Assembly (NCBI RefSeq): GCF_036588685.1
Contig: NC_086380.1
Coordinates: 21,638,001-21,702,000, forward strand
Length of the DNA: 64,000 nucleotides
Direction: 5' to 3'
Source of the DNA: Mytilus trossulus
Taxonomy: Eukaryota
Under the pieces are notes generated by a model. It saw only the letters and a program-made list of their open reading frames with translations, had not been told where the DNA came from and did not search any database. The position numbers were made by a program, and so were the translations under genes. Each line of letters starts with the position of its first letter. The first letter of the stretch is position 1. This document shows, piece after piece, positions 11,979 through 23,155 of this stretch.

Positions 11979-13949
11979 ATGTCGGAGCCGGCAGAAATAA
12001 ACATGCTCATCGACCGAAAAATTAAAGACGCTATGAGTCAGAACCAGAACGAGATACTGCAGAGCATTGACAGATTAATGTCTAGTCGTTTAGACACGTT
12101 TCAGAGATCCGTCCACGAAACGCAGAGGCAGTTATCAGAAACTCAAATGTCTAAAATCCAGCAGATGAACACTGAGAATTACGTTTTCAAGCGAAAGGGA
12201 AACGAGGAGCAGTTCAAGGTCAACACAAAAATCGCCAACAAGATGAAAGAGGCCAGAAGTATTCTTACAGAATCGCAGGACAACAACGAAAGTACAGAGG
12301 GCGCGATGAGGAACATTTGTGAAGGTTTGGACATTCTTAATCATCGACAAAAATTAATTAAGCTCGCGGATCAGTCCGAGAACGGATGGAGAACAGTTAC
12401 AGAGTATGAAACGCACAACCTTGCAGATGACTCCGAAGACGAAAAACGTATAATACGAGCAGAAAACAAAGCGTCGAGGAAAATGAAGAGCGACAAAAAG
12501 TTTAAGACACGTACAACTCCTTACAGTGCCCCGCAGTCTACTCGATTCAGCTCAGTTAATCAACAGAGTACAGTTAACATTCCTGTGGTGCATCGACCCG
12601 GAAAATGTTATGAGTGTGGTATGTCAGGACATTGGAGGTCAGACCATTATAAACAGGGTTGGCAAACTCAGAAAGAAAAGTCTGATAAGATAAGTACTAG
12701 ATTATTTAGTAATGATTTATCTGTTAATTTTGGTAGAGAAAATGCTATAGTTTCATGTAATTCACCCGTAGGTAAATTAAGAAGTTCAATTGATTATTGG
12801 CGTAATGTTATTTGCGCTAACGAGACAGTTATTGATATCATAGAACATGGATATAAAATACCTTTTCACACAGAGCCAAGTGAGGTATTTTTGAATAATA
12901 ACAAATCGTCTTTAGAAAATTCAGATTTTGTAGAAAATGAGATTTTAAAGTTGATAGAATTAGGATGCATAAAAGAATTTTCATGTAAACCTAAAGTGGT
13001 CAATCCGTTGACGGTAGCTAACAATAAAAACAAATTAAGGTTAGTTTTAGATTGTAGACACATTAACCCACATCTTCATAAATTCAGATTTAAATATGAA
13101 GATGCTAGCGTAGCCAGTCAAATGTTTAAGAAGGGAGATTACTGTTTTACTTACGATTTGAGATCGGCTTACCATCATATAGAGATATTTGAGGCACACA
13201 AGACATATTTAGGTTTTGCTTGGGTCAAAAATCATGAAACAAAATATTATGTCTTTAATGTTTTACCATTTGGTATATCGACTGCTGGTTATATTTTCAC
13301 GAAAGTTGTAAGGTGTATTGTTAAACATTTACGAAATTCAGGTTTGAAGATTATCATGTATTTAGACGATGGCTTAGGCGGGGCTGACGAGATAAGTCAG
13401 GCTCATGAAACTAGCATAGTTGTTCAGAAAGTACTGAAAGCTTCTGGGTTTTTGATAGCAGAAGATAAATGCAATTGGACACCTAGCCAAAATGTGGTAT
13501 GGTTGGGTTTGGTATGGCAATTTGACAAAGGCATGGTTTCAGTCACGGAAAGGCGACTTTCCAAATTGTTAGATACTTTAAATAGAGTTATACACAAAAT
13601 AGGTAAAGGAGAAATACATGTTTCTGCAAGGTTTCTTGCTTCTATAATTGGTCAGATCATATCTATGCAAGGGGCAGTTGGTCCTGTAGTTAGACTACGT
13701 ACACGAAGTATGTATGAATGCATTTTGTATAAAGCAAGCTGGAATGCTAATGTTCTTTTGAACAGTAGATCTCTTGATGAGATAATTTTCTGGAAGGAAA
13801 ATATAGAGAAAATGAATGGCAGAGAATTGCATATTGTTGAGCAATACTCGAGTGTAGTATACACAGATGCCTCGGGCATAGGTTACGGTGGCTATTTGGT
13901 AAAAGCCATAGACGAAGAGATTATGGGTAGTTGGAACGATGGAGAATAA
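11979..13949 (+). CDS. Gag (coiled-coil, zinc knuckle) in frame with reverse transcriptase and the start of RNase H
   Basis: CYECGMSGHWRSDH knuckle; RT motifs KLRLVLDCR, YDLRSAYHHI, VLPFGISTA, MYLDDGL; RNase H VYTDAS; ends at a premature TAA. Confidence 0.9.
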   Translation: MSEPAEINMLIDRKIKDAMSQNQNEILQSIDRLMSSRLDTFQRSVHETQRQLSETQMSKIQQMNTENYVFKRKGNEEQFKVNTKIANKMKEARSILTESQDNNESTEGAMRNICEGLDILNHRQKLIKLADQSENGWRTVTEYETHNLADDSEDEKRIIRAENKASRKMKSDKKFKTRTTPYSAPQSTRFSSVNQQSTVNIPVVHRPGKCYECGMSGHWRSDHYKQGWQTQKEKSDKISTRLFSNDLSVNFGRENAIVSCNSPVGKLRSSIDYWRNVICANETVIDIIEHGYKIPFHTEPSEVFLNNNKSSLENSDFVENEILKLIELGCIKEFSCKPKVVNPLTVANNKNKLRLVLDCRHINPHLHKFRFKYEDASVASQMFKKGDYCFTYDLRSAYHHIEIFEAHKTYLGFAWVKNHETKYYVFNVLPFGISTAGYIFTKVVRCIVKHLRNSGLKIIMYLDDGLGGADEISQAHETSIVVQKVLKASGFLIAEDKCNWTPSQNVVWLGLVWQFDKGMVSVTERRLSKLLDTLNRVIHKIGKGEIHVSARFLASIIGQIISMQGAVGPVVRLRTRSMYECILYKASWNANVLLNSRSLDEIIFWKENIEKMNGRELHIVEQYSSVVYTDASGIGYGGYLVKAIDEEIMGSWNDGE

Positions 13950-14669
13950 TTGAAAAGTTCTACTTGGAGAGAGTTTGAGGCAGTTTATAGAGTACTGCAG
14001 TCTATATCTATGTCATTAAAAGGTCAAACAGTTAAGTGGCACACAGATAATCAAAACGTAGTAAACATAATAAAAAAGGGCAGCAAGAAATCTGATTTAC
14101 AAAATATTACAATTAACATAGCTAATGTATGTAAATTAAACTGCATTAAGATCGTACCAGAGTGGGTACCTAGACAAGAGAACGTTAAAGCAGATAAAAT
14201 TAGTAAGACTATTGATTGTGATGATTGGGAGATAGACGATATTACATTTGAATATTTTAATCAGAATTGGGGTCCACATACCGTAGATAGGTTTGCCACT
14301 GATTACAATGCAAAATGTAGCATATTCAATACCAAACACTGGTGTCCAGGTACACTGGGTATTGATGCCTTTAATAGACATTAGGGTAAAGAAAATAACT
14401 GGATTGTGCCACCACCTTCAGACATATCCCGATGTATACACAAGATTATCCAAGATAAAGCAGATAGCACGTTATTTGTTCCTTTATGGGTTTCAGCACC
14501 ATATTGGCCACTTTTACACAAAGTCAATGGTAATGTTGTAGAATTCGAATCGTTCATTAAAGATAGTAAAATATTACCATCAACAGTTATCAAAAAAGGC
14601 CGAGGTAGAAATGGTATGTTCGGAAAATCCACAGATTTCAGGATGTTGGCTATGAAAATAAGGTTTTAA
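13950..14669 (+). pseudogene. remainder of pol: RNase H plus DIRS-type methyltransferase-like domain, interrupted by TAG at 14382-14384
   Basis: Same frame as 11979. RNase H motifs SSTWRE, WHTDNQ, NVKADKIS; MT-like motifs TVDRFAT, GIDAF, NWIVPPP, APYWPLL. Confidence 0.85.
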
Positions 14670-14711
14670 TTTATTTCATTCTTTCCTACAGGTATCGGTC
14701 TGAAAAGCAGG

Positions 14712-15701
14712 GTGTTGGAGAAAATACAAGATGGAGGGATTCTTTCGGCTGACTTTGACGAATTGGGACATAAGATGTCATCGTATTTACTGCAGTCCAG
14801 AAGTGACAATACTAACAATAAATATTTTTATGCTTATAAACGGTGGGAGAGATTTATATTGAAACAAGGGGGACTATCTTTACCAGCAAAGCCTATACAT
14901 GTAGCCCTATATTTAACCAAACTGATAGACACAGGTTCATCTTATAGTGTAGTTCAGTCAGCTTTTTACGGTATAAAATGGGCACATACTGTTCAAGGTT
15001 TTTCAGATCCCACAGAAAATGCATTTGTGACCAATTTACTGGAGTCTTCTAAACGTCAACCACATAAACCGAAAGTTAAAAAGGAACATATTGATTCTGA
15101 ATCTATTATTGAACTTTGTATAAAATATAAAGACAGTGATGATATAGCTATTTTAAGGGATTTATGTATGATTGTTCTTAGTTTCTCTGGTTTTCTGAGA
15201 TACAACGAGCTTAGTTCTCTTCGATGTAAAGACGTTCATTTCAAAACTAATTATTTAGAGATTGATATTGACAAAAGCAAAACTGATCAGTATAGATTAG
15301 GGGAGAAATTAGTTATTTCAAATGGTGAGTCTGCTGCTTGTCCTTATAGTTTATTGTCCAAATATTTCAGTATTTGTAAAATTGAGTCCAGTTCTGAGCA
15401 ATATTTATTTAAACCTATTTTTAGATCAGGCAAACGGTGTTCGCTAATTTACAAGAACAAAAAACTGAGTTATACCAGAGCTAGAGAGTGTATAGTAGCT
15501 AGACTCAAAGAAGTTTGTGGTGATATAAACATAGGTTTACATTCTTTAAGGGCGGGTGGAGCCACTGTCGCAGCTAACGCTGATGTTAACGAACGCTGCT
15601 GGAAACGGCACGGTCGATGGAAATCTGATACTGCCAAAGATGGGTACGTGGCAGACTCACTTGCACATCGTTTAGAAGTTACTAAGAAGCTAGGTCTTTA
15701 G
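14712..15701 (+). CDS. tyrosine recombinase (YR) of the retrotransposon
   Basis: Catalytic set intact: FSGFLRYNE (R), KSKTDQ (K), HSLRAGGAT (HxxR), HGRWKS, DGYV (Y). The ORF is open from the pol stop at 14669; true start uncertain. Confidence 0.93.
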   Translation: MLEKIQDGGILSADFDELGHKMSSYLLQSRSDNTNNKYFYAYKRWERFILKQGGLSLPAKPIHVALYLTKLIDTGSSYSVVQSAFYGIKWAHTVQGFSDPTENAFVTNLLESSKRQPHKPKVKKEHIDSESIIELCIKYKDSDDIAILRDLCMIVLSFSGFLRYNELSSLRCKDVHFKTNYLEIDIDKSKTDQYRLGEKLVISNGESAACPYSLLSKYFSICKIESSSEQYLFKPIFRSGKRCSLIYKNKKLSYTRARECIVARLKEVCGDINIGLHSLRAGGATVAANADVNERCWKRHGRWKSDTAKDGYVADSLAHRLEVTKKLGL

Positions 15702-15755
15702 CATTTTCATTTTATTGTATATCATTTACGCTTTTCCGCCCTTTCTTTGTGTTTC

Positions 15756-16002
15756 TAGTCTGCACGGCTAAATGCATTGCTTTGTGTTTGTTATTATTGT
15801 AGTGTAGTTAAGACATGTATTTTCCCGCGTTTCGGAGTATAGTATTTTTTGGCGGGTTTTGTTATGTGTAGTTGTACACGTGGATACGTGGACCAATCAT
15901 TTGGATTGTTTCAATAAGTATTCTTATGTTAATGAGGTGAAAGCGGGTTTTAAATGTTCTTGGGTTTGAAAATCATTCTAGCCGCAGACGTTCAACACTA
16001 AA
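15756..16002 (+). repeat. split direct repeats B1 (15756-15814) and A2 (15815-16002); B|A circle-type junction
   Basis: B1 is identical to 16347-16405 and directly abuts the copy of the 5' repeat (GTTAAGAC|ATGTATTTTCCC). Confidence 0.9.
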
Positions 16003-16346
16003 ACTTCAATGTTTCATATTTGATATTGTATATTATTTTGCTGTTTTTTCTTGATGGAGTTTGGCATCAATGTCCCGAGGCGTGCCTTGCACTTGCTCCG
16101 AACACAGGTTTCCAAATCAATTTTCTTTAATAAAGTTTTTTGATGGTTTTTCCTGGGCGGCGAGGTTACGTTAAAGACGGATATATATACATACATACAT
16201 ACATACATAGAGATATGGGCTCTTATTGATACAGAGTAAACTTGTTTCAGATGTTTATTCTTTCTGTGTACCTCCTTTGGAATGTTTTTGTACTTCATAT
16301 ATGTCATGATTTATAATATAAAATATACATTAAACGCCGGCTCTGT

Positions 16347-16405
16347 TAGTCTGCACGGCTAAATGCATTGCTTTGTGTTTGTTATTATTGTAGTGTAGTT
16401 AAGAC
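16347..16405 (+). repeat. split direct repeat B2 (3' terminus of the element)
   Basis: 59-bp exact copy of 15756-15814. Confidence 0.9.
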
Positions 16406-16684
16406 GTATATATACGTGGTCTTATGACAGTGAAGTTTAGGCGGGAATATCAATAATCACGTGATATATAGAAATCATGATTTCTTCCGTTTTTCAGCAT
16501 CTTAGAAATATTTGATATTGATAAAATTTATTATGAATGCGTTTCATTGTTTTAGGAATACTTAGTTAAAACTGGGGTAATGCATTTAACAAAATTAATT
16601 GGTTAGCAATAACCGGTCCCGTTACGTGCGTACGTCGAGTTAGGTACGTATGTCATTTTATTGGAAATCTCTATTATGTCTTAT

Positions 16685-17800
16685 TAGAGATTTCCAATAA
16701 AATGACATACGTACGCACGTAACGGGACCGGTTATTGCTAACCAATTAATTTTGTAAAATGCATTACTTAAGTTTCAACTAAGTATTCATAAACTAGGAA
16801 ACCCATTCATAATAAATTTAATCAATATCAAATATTTCTTAGATGATGAAAAACGAAAGAAATCATGACTTTCATATATCACGTGATTCTTGAGATTCCC
16901 GCCTAAACTTCACTGTCATAAGACCACGTATATATACGTATCTTTACCTATCATACGATTCATTGGAGTTGTCTTTCATGGTTTTGACAATGACTTTGAT
17001 TTTCAGATATAATTGCAAAATTTAATAAACTTATTATTTGATATTTGTATTGATTTTGTGTGTCGTTATCAGATAGATTCTTCTTTTCGATTTTTAATGT
17101 TTTATAATATTTAATTTCTTATTTATCGATCAAAAAGGGGGAGTACGCGCTCTACTTCTGTATCCTCGGATGCAAGTTTAGGTATACTTCAACAAAAACT
17201 TCGCCCCATAATTTGGTATAGTTAAAGTCGAAAAAGTACATTTGAAAAATATATCATTGATATAAATTTCTGCCCACATCAAATTATCTTCAATTAAATT
17301 ATAGAAAAATATTATTTTGTTTTACAAGTCGAGTACACCTTTTACATTCGGGTGTGTTGGAATTTACTTTAAACGTTAAATCTTTTTAAAACAACAAAAA
17401 GGCAAGCTTCTTGCTTCGGAATTCGTTATTTCAATATTTGTATGCTAAATGTCGTCTTGGTAGTTTTTAAAATTCATAATGTGAGAAGAACTAAGATATG
17501 GGTCAAGTGAAATGACAAGAAATGATGGGTGTGTTTGATTACAAGTTGGTAATGTACTTGTTCCATTATAGTATTTATGTTAATAAAATCATTCAAAGTT
17601 TAATGACAAAATATTTAAAGAGTAAAAGAAATAGTTGTGGTTGATTTTTACTGAAGGCATATTCCAGCAACAATGCGTGTTCAAAGAGCAAAACATGCAT
17701 GCAGTGTATACTCCCCTTCGTCATGCTTCAATGCAGTAGGACGAAATACGTTGAGTTAGGTCGGTTATGTCGAGTAAAGTCATTTTATTGGAAATCTCTA
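16685..17800 (-). mobile_element. non-autonomous TIR element, copy 2 (1116 bp), inverted relative to copy 1; possibly Academ-like (TAG...CTA termini, 4-bp TSD)
   Basis: 22-bp TIR TAGAGATTTCCAATAAAATGAC; TTAT on both flanks (16681-16684, 17801-17804). Superfamily assignment is inference. Confidence 0.85.
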
Positions 17801-18851
17801 TTATATCTTAAATTTTATGAACCAATGTTAATGGAACTTAACCATAATGTTAACCACCATGTGCAGATTTACAAAGAAGGGTTGGCATATTCAAGATGGC
17901 TGCCGTTGCCATGGAAACTGGTAAAATGCGGAAAAAAAATTATTTCAAAATGCTCCAATCTTTCTAAAACTTTGCAAAAAAGTTAATTGGCATGTGTAGA
18001 TCCAGTCTGCATATTTTGCATAAAATATGTTTAGATTTCGACGTCATTCAAATCAATCGAGTTCATTTTTTGAGATTATGCAAAATAAGAACGACAATTG
18101 AACAAATATAGTTCACCGGGTTTTTTTTCTTATCCGAGTTTATCCTATTTATTTTCAAATGTTACTTTTTAGAGAAATATATTCTGTTAGTTTTTGAATT
18201 TCTTACAAAAGGGCACAGGGGTTTGAATTTAATATCCATACGTGTAAAATGTTATCTCATATGAATAAAAGCGAATATATTTAAATATTATGACTATTTA
18301 TATTAATTTGATATATTTATACTGAGATAGACAGTTGGACATCGACCGTCTAGCATAGTATTGATATATCCAGTTTGTAAGTAGTAGTTGCATCATAATA
18401 TAATGTATATACATTTTTTTTAATTTAAAAAGGCATGCCTTTAAGCTACAGCTACTTGAAATATTTGTATAGATGAAAAGATAAACGTAGTCTTAAGACT
18501 CAATTAAATATTTGATTAATAAAATAACATAAATGACAGAACTAGAACAAATTTAAAAGGACTTTGATTAAATTGTAATGCAAAAATTATTACTAGGTAT
18601 ATAGTGGATATTGAGATCATGCCAGATTGCCTATAGCAACGAGGATGGGTGGAGTTGGAGGGGGGGGCGGGTGTTCTCGGAGTAGTCCATCTTCAGTCAT
18701 TACTGGTCTGCCAACACTTCTGTTATGATGTCGAACCCGAATCCGGGCAAGATGCTCTCGATTTCGATCTCAGTTAACTAGGATTGCCACTTTTCCTGTT
18801 ATAGGTCGGTTGTTTTCTCATGCTACTGCTCACTCAACAAATTGACCGCTA

Positions 18852-18973
18852 CATTGGCGGACGCAAGGAGAGGGGGTTCCGGGGGTTGGACCCCCCTTTT
18901 TTGCACGATCAATGCATTTGAATGGTAGCATATAGTTGGACTCCCCCTTTTTAAATAGCTGGATCCGCGCCTG
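18852..18973. mobile_element. short GC-rich MITE with 5-bp TSD, inserted in a degraded SINE-like repeat
   Basis: CATTGGCGGA...TCCGCGCCTG flanked by CGCTA on both sides. Confidence 0.7.
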
Positions 18974-19040
18974 CGCTATGATTTAGTCATGAGTACTGAT
19001 GGTGGTGTTTAGCACTAACCATCAAATATCAACCACTAGC

Positions 19041-19425
19041 AAAAGAGGGACGAAAGATACCAAAGGGACAGTCAAACTCATATATCTAAAACAAACTGAC
19101 AACGCCAGGGATAAAAATGAAAAAGACAATCAGAAAAAACAATAGTACACATGATACAACATAGAAAACTAAAGAATAAACAACACGAACCCCACCAAAA
19201 ACTAGGGGTGATCTCAGGTGCTCCGGAAGGGTAAGCAGATCCTGCTCCACATGTGGCACTCGTCGTGTTGCTTATGTGATTACAAATCCTGTATATAGTC
19301 TAATTCGGTAGGTCACATTCATGAAAGGGAAGGGGATTGTAGTTACGACGTAAGGAACGTATCCGATATCATTTGTGAAACGGTTATTCCATAACGGTCA
19401 ACCAACTCGTGATGGCGTCCGTAAC
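19041..19425 (-). mobile_element. interspersed repeat family 3; probable 3' remnant of a retroelement (Penelope-like?)
   Basis: Second copy at about 59020-59340 and a partial copy at about 5000-5170. The minus strand encodes YGRHHELVDRYGITVSQM, resembling an RT C-terminus (recalled). Confidence 0.55.
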
Positions 19426-19520
19426 AATTTTTCCAAGTATTATGACTACGTTTGTCACACCTTTCAGAAACAGATGACATACATTTTATTACACTTTTCT
19501 TACAGAATCAATTATGCAAG

Positions 19521-22500
19521 ATGAGCAAGTATGTTGTCTTGGTAACGGGCGGAAGTGGATTTCTTGGACAACATGTAGTTAAACATTTACAGCTGTATGG
19601 TGTAAGCGTCAAAGAAATACGAGTTTTAGACAAGGTTCCATATGAACAAAAGCTAGGTAATGGTTTTTATAATTAACAAAAATAAATTTAAGTTCGAAAA
19701 ATTATGTAAAAACTGAGGTTACAATTACCTCAGGCAAATATGACCGTAGACAATTCTGGCATTCATGATAATGTTTTCACTCATGCAATATGAATTCAGT
19801 TGCAAAAACTCGTTTGAAACTATCAGCTTTCTACATTAAAATGGAGACCTCAAAATGCTTATTTTTTAAGTATATTTCATGATTGTAATTCAGTACCTTA
19901 TGGAATTATTTGATTTGAAAGAAAACGGATGCAAATGATACCGGATTCGGATATATTTGTAGAATTTGAAGCAAAGCAAAGCATACTATCGTATACAGGG
20001 AGTATAACCGATAGGGCACTTGTCCAGCAAGCTTGTCGTGATGTCGACATTGTTCTACATATTGCCTCTATGATTGACTGGTCATTATTTCCGAATAGAA
20101 AGATTCTACATGAAGTAAATATATTAGGTAAAATAACTATTTTGGTAAGTTTAATTCCAGAATGCTTTTTTTTTGTTATTTGTAAATATTATACCATGAC
20201 ATGTTTTATGGTTGTAAATAAAATTGAAATACAACTGAAATAGTTCAAAGTACTATTTTGTGTCCTTTAAATAATATCTAAAATAGTTTATTTCGCCTTT
20301 TATTGAAACAATTGCTATGCGTATAAGCATAAATACTACATACTTGCGCGACGCCTTTTAGTTTGACTGAAAACTACGCAGACTATGAAATGTGTTTACA
20401 GGGGGGAAATGCTCTACAATAGATACCATTTTGTCAGACACTTTTCTTTTTTTGATTTGGTTCTAATAATATGCCAAAAATCGGTATATTTAATAGAGTT
20501 TAAGATTAAATTGTGTGTTATACTCGTAACAGACGTATATAACCAACCCGATCAACAGACCAATCGCCAATATAGCCGCATACTCAATATAGATTAACCG
20601 ACCAACCGCCTGGTTAGCCGAGTGTCGGCCGTGAAGTTGGAATCTATGTTTGTGGACATTTAAAGTGTGTGTGTGTTCATAATTGGGTTGACTTTCGAAT
20701 GTGTGACATTATTGTCCTTCGACACTTAATAAGGCATAATGATATAACACAAGCCAGGCATGAAACTTACGGAAGACACGACAATTAAAAAAATACCGTT
20801 GCAAAACATGATACGAAAAATGAATCTCACAAAAATCAGCCTTTAAAAAGTCATTACACATAATCAAACTCGCTGTAAATCGAAAAAAACCCGAAACGAC
20901 ATTTAGAATGATACACACATTAACAATCAATTCAAACATAAACACACCTGTAGAGTAATTCACCCACGAACAAAAATACATTTTGCCTAAAAGAAACTGA
21001 AAGAAACAAAATGCTCTTTAGTATCATAGTATGTAACACTAGCAATTCATTCATTGTATCTCATATAAATCTCATATAAAATATAATATTAATGATTTAC
21101 TGTTCAACTCATACTTTATAAAGGTACACAGACTATTATTGAAACGTGTAAAGAAGAGAATGTTCCTTATTTAATATATTGTGGTTCCAGTGGTATCTTT
21201 GCCGGACCGGAGGAGTCACGTGGAGGAACGGAAACGACAGTCAAACACCCATCAACATTATACTTTGATGCATATGCGTATTCAAAACTTACAGCACAAG
21301 AAATAGTCATATCTGCAAACGGAACAACACTAAGCAATGGTATTCATTCGTTATTATATTTTTTACTTTAAATTGGTTGCATACAATTTAGCATATTTTT
21401 GTTTAAAGCCTAGAAATGCAGGGGCGGATGCAGGAATTTTCGAAAGGGGGGGTGCTAACCCAGGGCAAAGGGGGGGTGCAAAACATATGTCCCGATACAA
21501 ATGCATTGATCGGCAAAAATAAAGGGGGGTGCGCACCCCCGGAACCCCCCCTCTGGATCCGCCACTGAAATGGATCAGATACAAGTACTTTGAACTTGGA
21601 AATCTTCTCTTTGAAACTGTTACAAAAAAAAACCTAAAAAGTAAAATCACAAAAATAACAAACTCCTAGGAAAATTCAAAACGGAAAGTCCCTAATCAAC
21701 AGGCAAAATCAAATGATAAAACACATCAAACGGATTAACAACAACTGTCATTTTCCTGACTTGGAAAAGGTATTTTTAAACACACATTCTTGTACAATTC
21801 ATAGAAATTTGCTTAAATGCGATTGGTGTAGTTTTAGACATAGAGATATAAATATGAAAAGAAAAAGAGAGTTAAAACAGTATTGAAAGTGTATGTGTGT
21901 TTGTGTTTTTTTCTTCAGAAATACGCAGTATGATTTTTTTTTTTAGAAACCTTGAGTTATATTCTAGTAAAATGTCTAGAACATGTAAACTTTAACATTC
22001 TACACATACTTTCAAGCAATTATATCAATTTCTTTTCAAAATAAAAAATCAGTTTATTTTATCATTTTAGGAAAACAGCTACGAACAATTGCCATTCTAC
22101 CGTTACCAATGTACGGCGAATTGGACTATATGGCTATTCCACTTTCAATAAGGCCTTTCAAAGGAAAAACTTATCCACTTGTCGGTCGTATGACAGCCAT
22201 TTTACAATATAGCTATGTTGGAAATACGGCAATGATGTTTGTGAAAGCAGCAGAATCAATACCGAACAATCCAGCTCTTGGTGGCCATTTTTTCTTTGCT
22301 GCAGACGACACTCCACCAGATACATTGCCCGGTGTAATGAAACCATTTTTAGATCTAGTAGGTTCCAGACCATCAACATGGTATATACCCTACTGGTTTA
22401 CGATGATTATGATGTTTTTATTTTATTGTTTACTTTATATAGTTCGTCTGTTTAAAACAGTCAACTTGCCAAATTTGCATTTCACATTCGGGAGCATAGC

Positions 22501-22624
22501 ATTTTTAAATACAACCTTTTATGTCACTTACGACAAAGCCAAGACATTGCTAGGATACGAACCCATCTATGACTATGATACTGCAGTCAGACGATCAAAT
22601 ATTTTCTATTCGAAGATAATTTGA
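19521..22624 (+). CDS. 3-beta-HSD-like extended SDR, paralogue 2 (356 aa); join(19521..19656,19963..20127,21124..21339,22071..22624)
   Basis: Exon lengths 136/165/216/554, as in paralogue 1. Motifs: TGGSGFLG, VLD, VLHIAS, EVNILGT, YCGSS, catalytic YAYSK. Confidence 0.92.
21419..21567. mobile_element. short GC-rich MITE with 5-bp TSD, in intron 3 of paralogue 2
   Basis: CAGGGGCGGAT...ATCCGCCACTG flanked by AAATG on both sides. Confidence 0.8.
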
Positions 22625-22959
22625 AATAAAATACTTTTTACAACAGATTTCAGTGAGTATGTAGCTACAGGTAATATCTTTGGTTAGCTTGCTTGTTAGC
22701 TGAACCGTGAAGTAATTGTGCTGTGATACTTTTTGCTGAAGACTTAAAATTCAAACACTCATCTTTCCATGTATACTTTTGTCTCGCAATGATTTAACGA
22801 CGACTATACTGTAATTCTGTCATTTGTTACATTTGTTTAACTGTCAAAAGAATTCAAGTGCTAGTCATTTTAAATCCTACTGTGCATAAATCTTTCTTTG
22901 TGGGTTATACTAAAAATATTATACTATATTTACATTTTTGATAAATATACAAGTAAATA

Positions 22960-23155
22960 TAAAAAAAGAAGATGTGGTATGATTGCCAATGAGACAACTC
23001 TCCACAAGAGACCAAAATGACACAGAAATTGTAACAACTATAAATCACCATAAGGCCTTCAACAATGAGCAAAGCCCATACCACATAGTCAGCTATAAAA
23101 GGTCACGAAATGACACTGTAAAACAATTCAAACAAGTAAACTAACGGATTTATCA
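22960..23155 (+). repeat. interspersed repeat family 1 copy
   Basis: AAAAAAGAAGATGTGGTATGATTGCCAATGAGACAACTCTCCACAAGAGACC... Confidence 0.75.

Larger units (their letters stand above)
11739..16405 (+). mobile_element. tyrosine-recombinase retrotransposon, DIRS order, PAT-like (split direct repeats plus MT domain), near full length
   Basis: Order is A1(11739-11977), gag, RT, RNase H, MT, YR, B1(15756-15814), A2(15815-16002), spacer, B2(16347-16405); no target-site duplication. Confidence 0.93.
8505..16673 (+). mobile_element. non-autonomous TIR element, copy 1; contains a 2.4 kb extra segment (9175-11552) and the YR retrotransposon insertion
   Basis: Ends TAGAGATTTCCAATAAAATGAC / GTCATTTTATTGGAAATCTCTA. 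Segments 8505-9174, 11553-11738 and 16406-16673 are the reverse complement of 16685-17800. Flanks TTAA / TTAT. Confidence 0.85.

Noticed and set aside
13947-14384. Programmed read-through at the two internal pol stops
   Set aside because: They fall inside the RNase H and MT domains, and the TAG sits where a Trp (TGG) is expected. Nonsense mutations are the simpler explanation.
14712-15701. Phage integrase or bacterial contamination
   Set aside because: It lies downstream of gag-RT-RNaseH-MT within split direct repeats, so it is a eukaryotic YR retrotransposon.
8505-17800. Inverted TIR pair as the cause of the head-to-head HSD gene duplication
   Set aside because: The arms align readily at DNA level, whereas the HSD paralogues are strongly diverged with no obvious intron similarity, so the genes duplicated much earlier.
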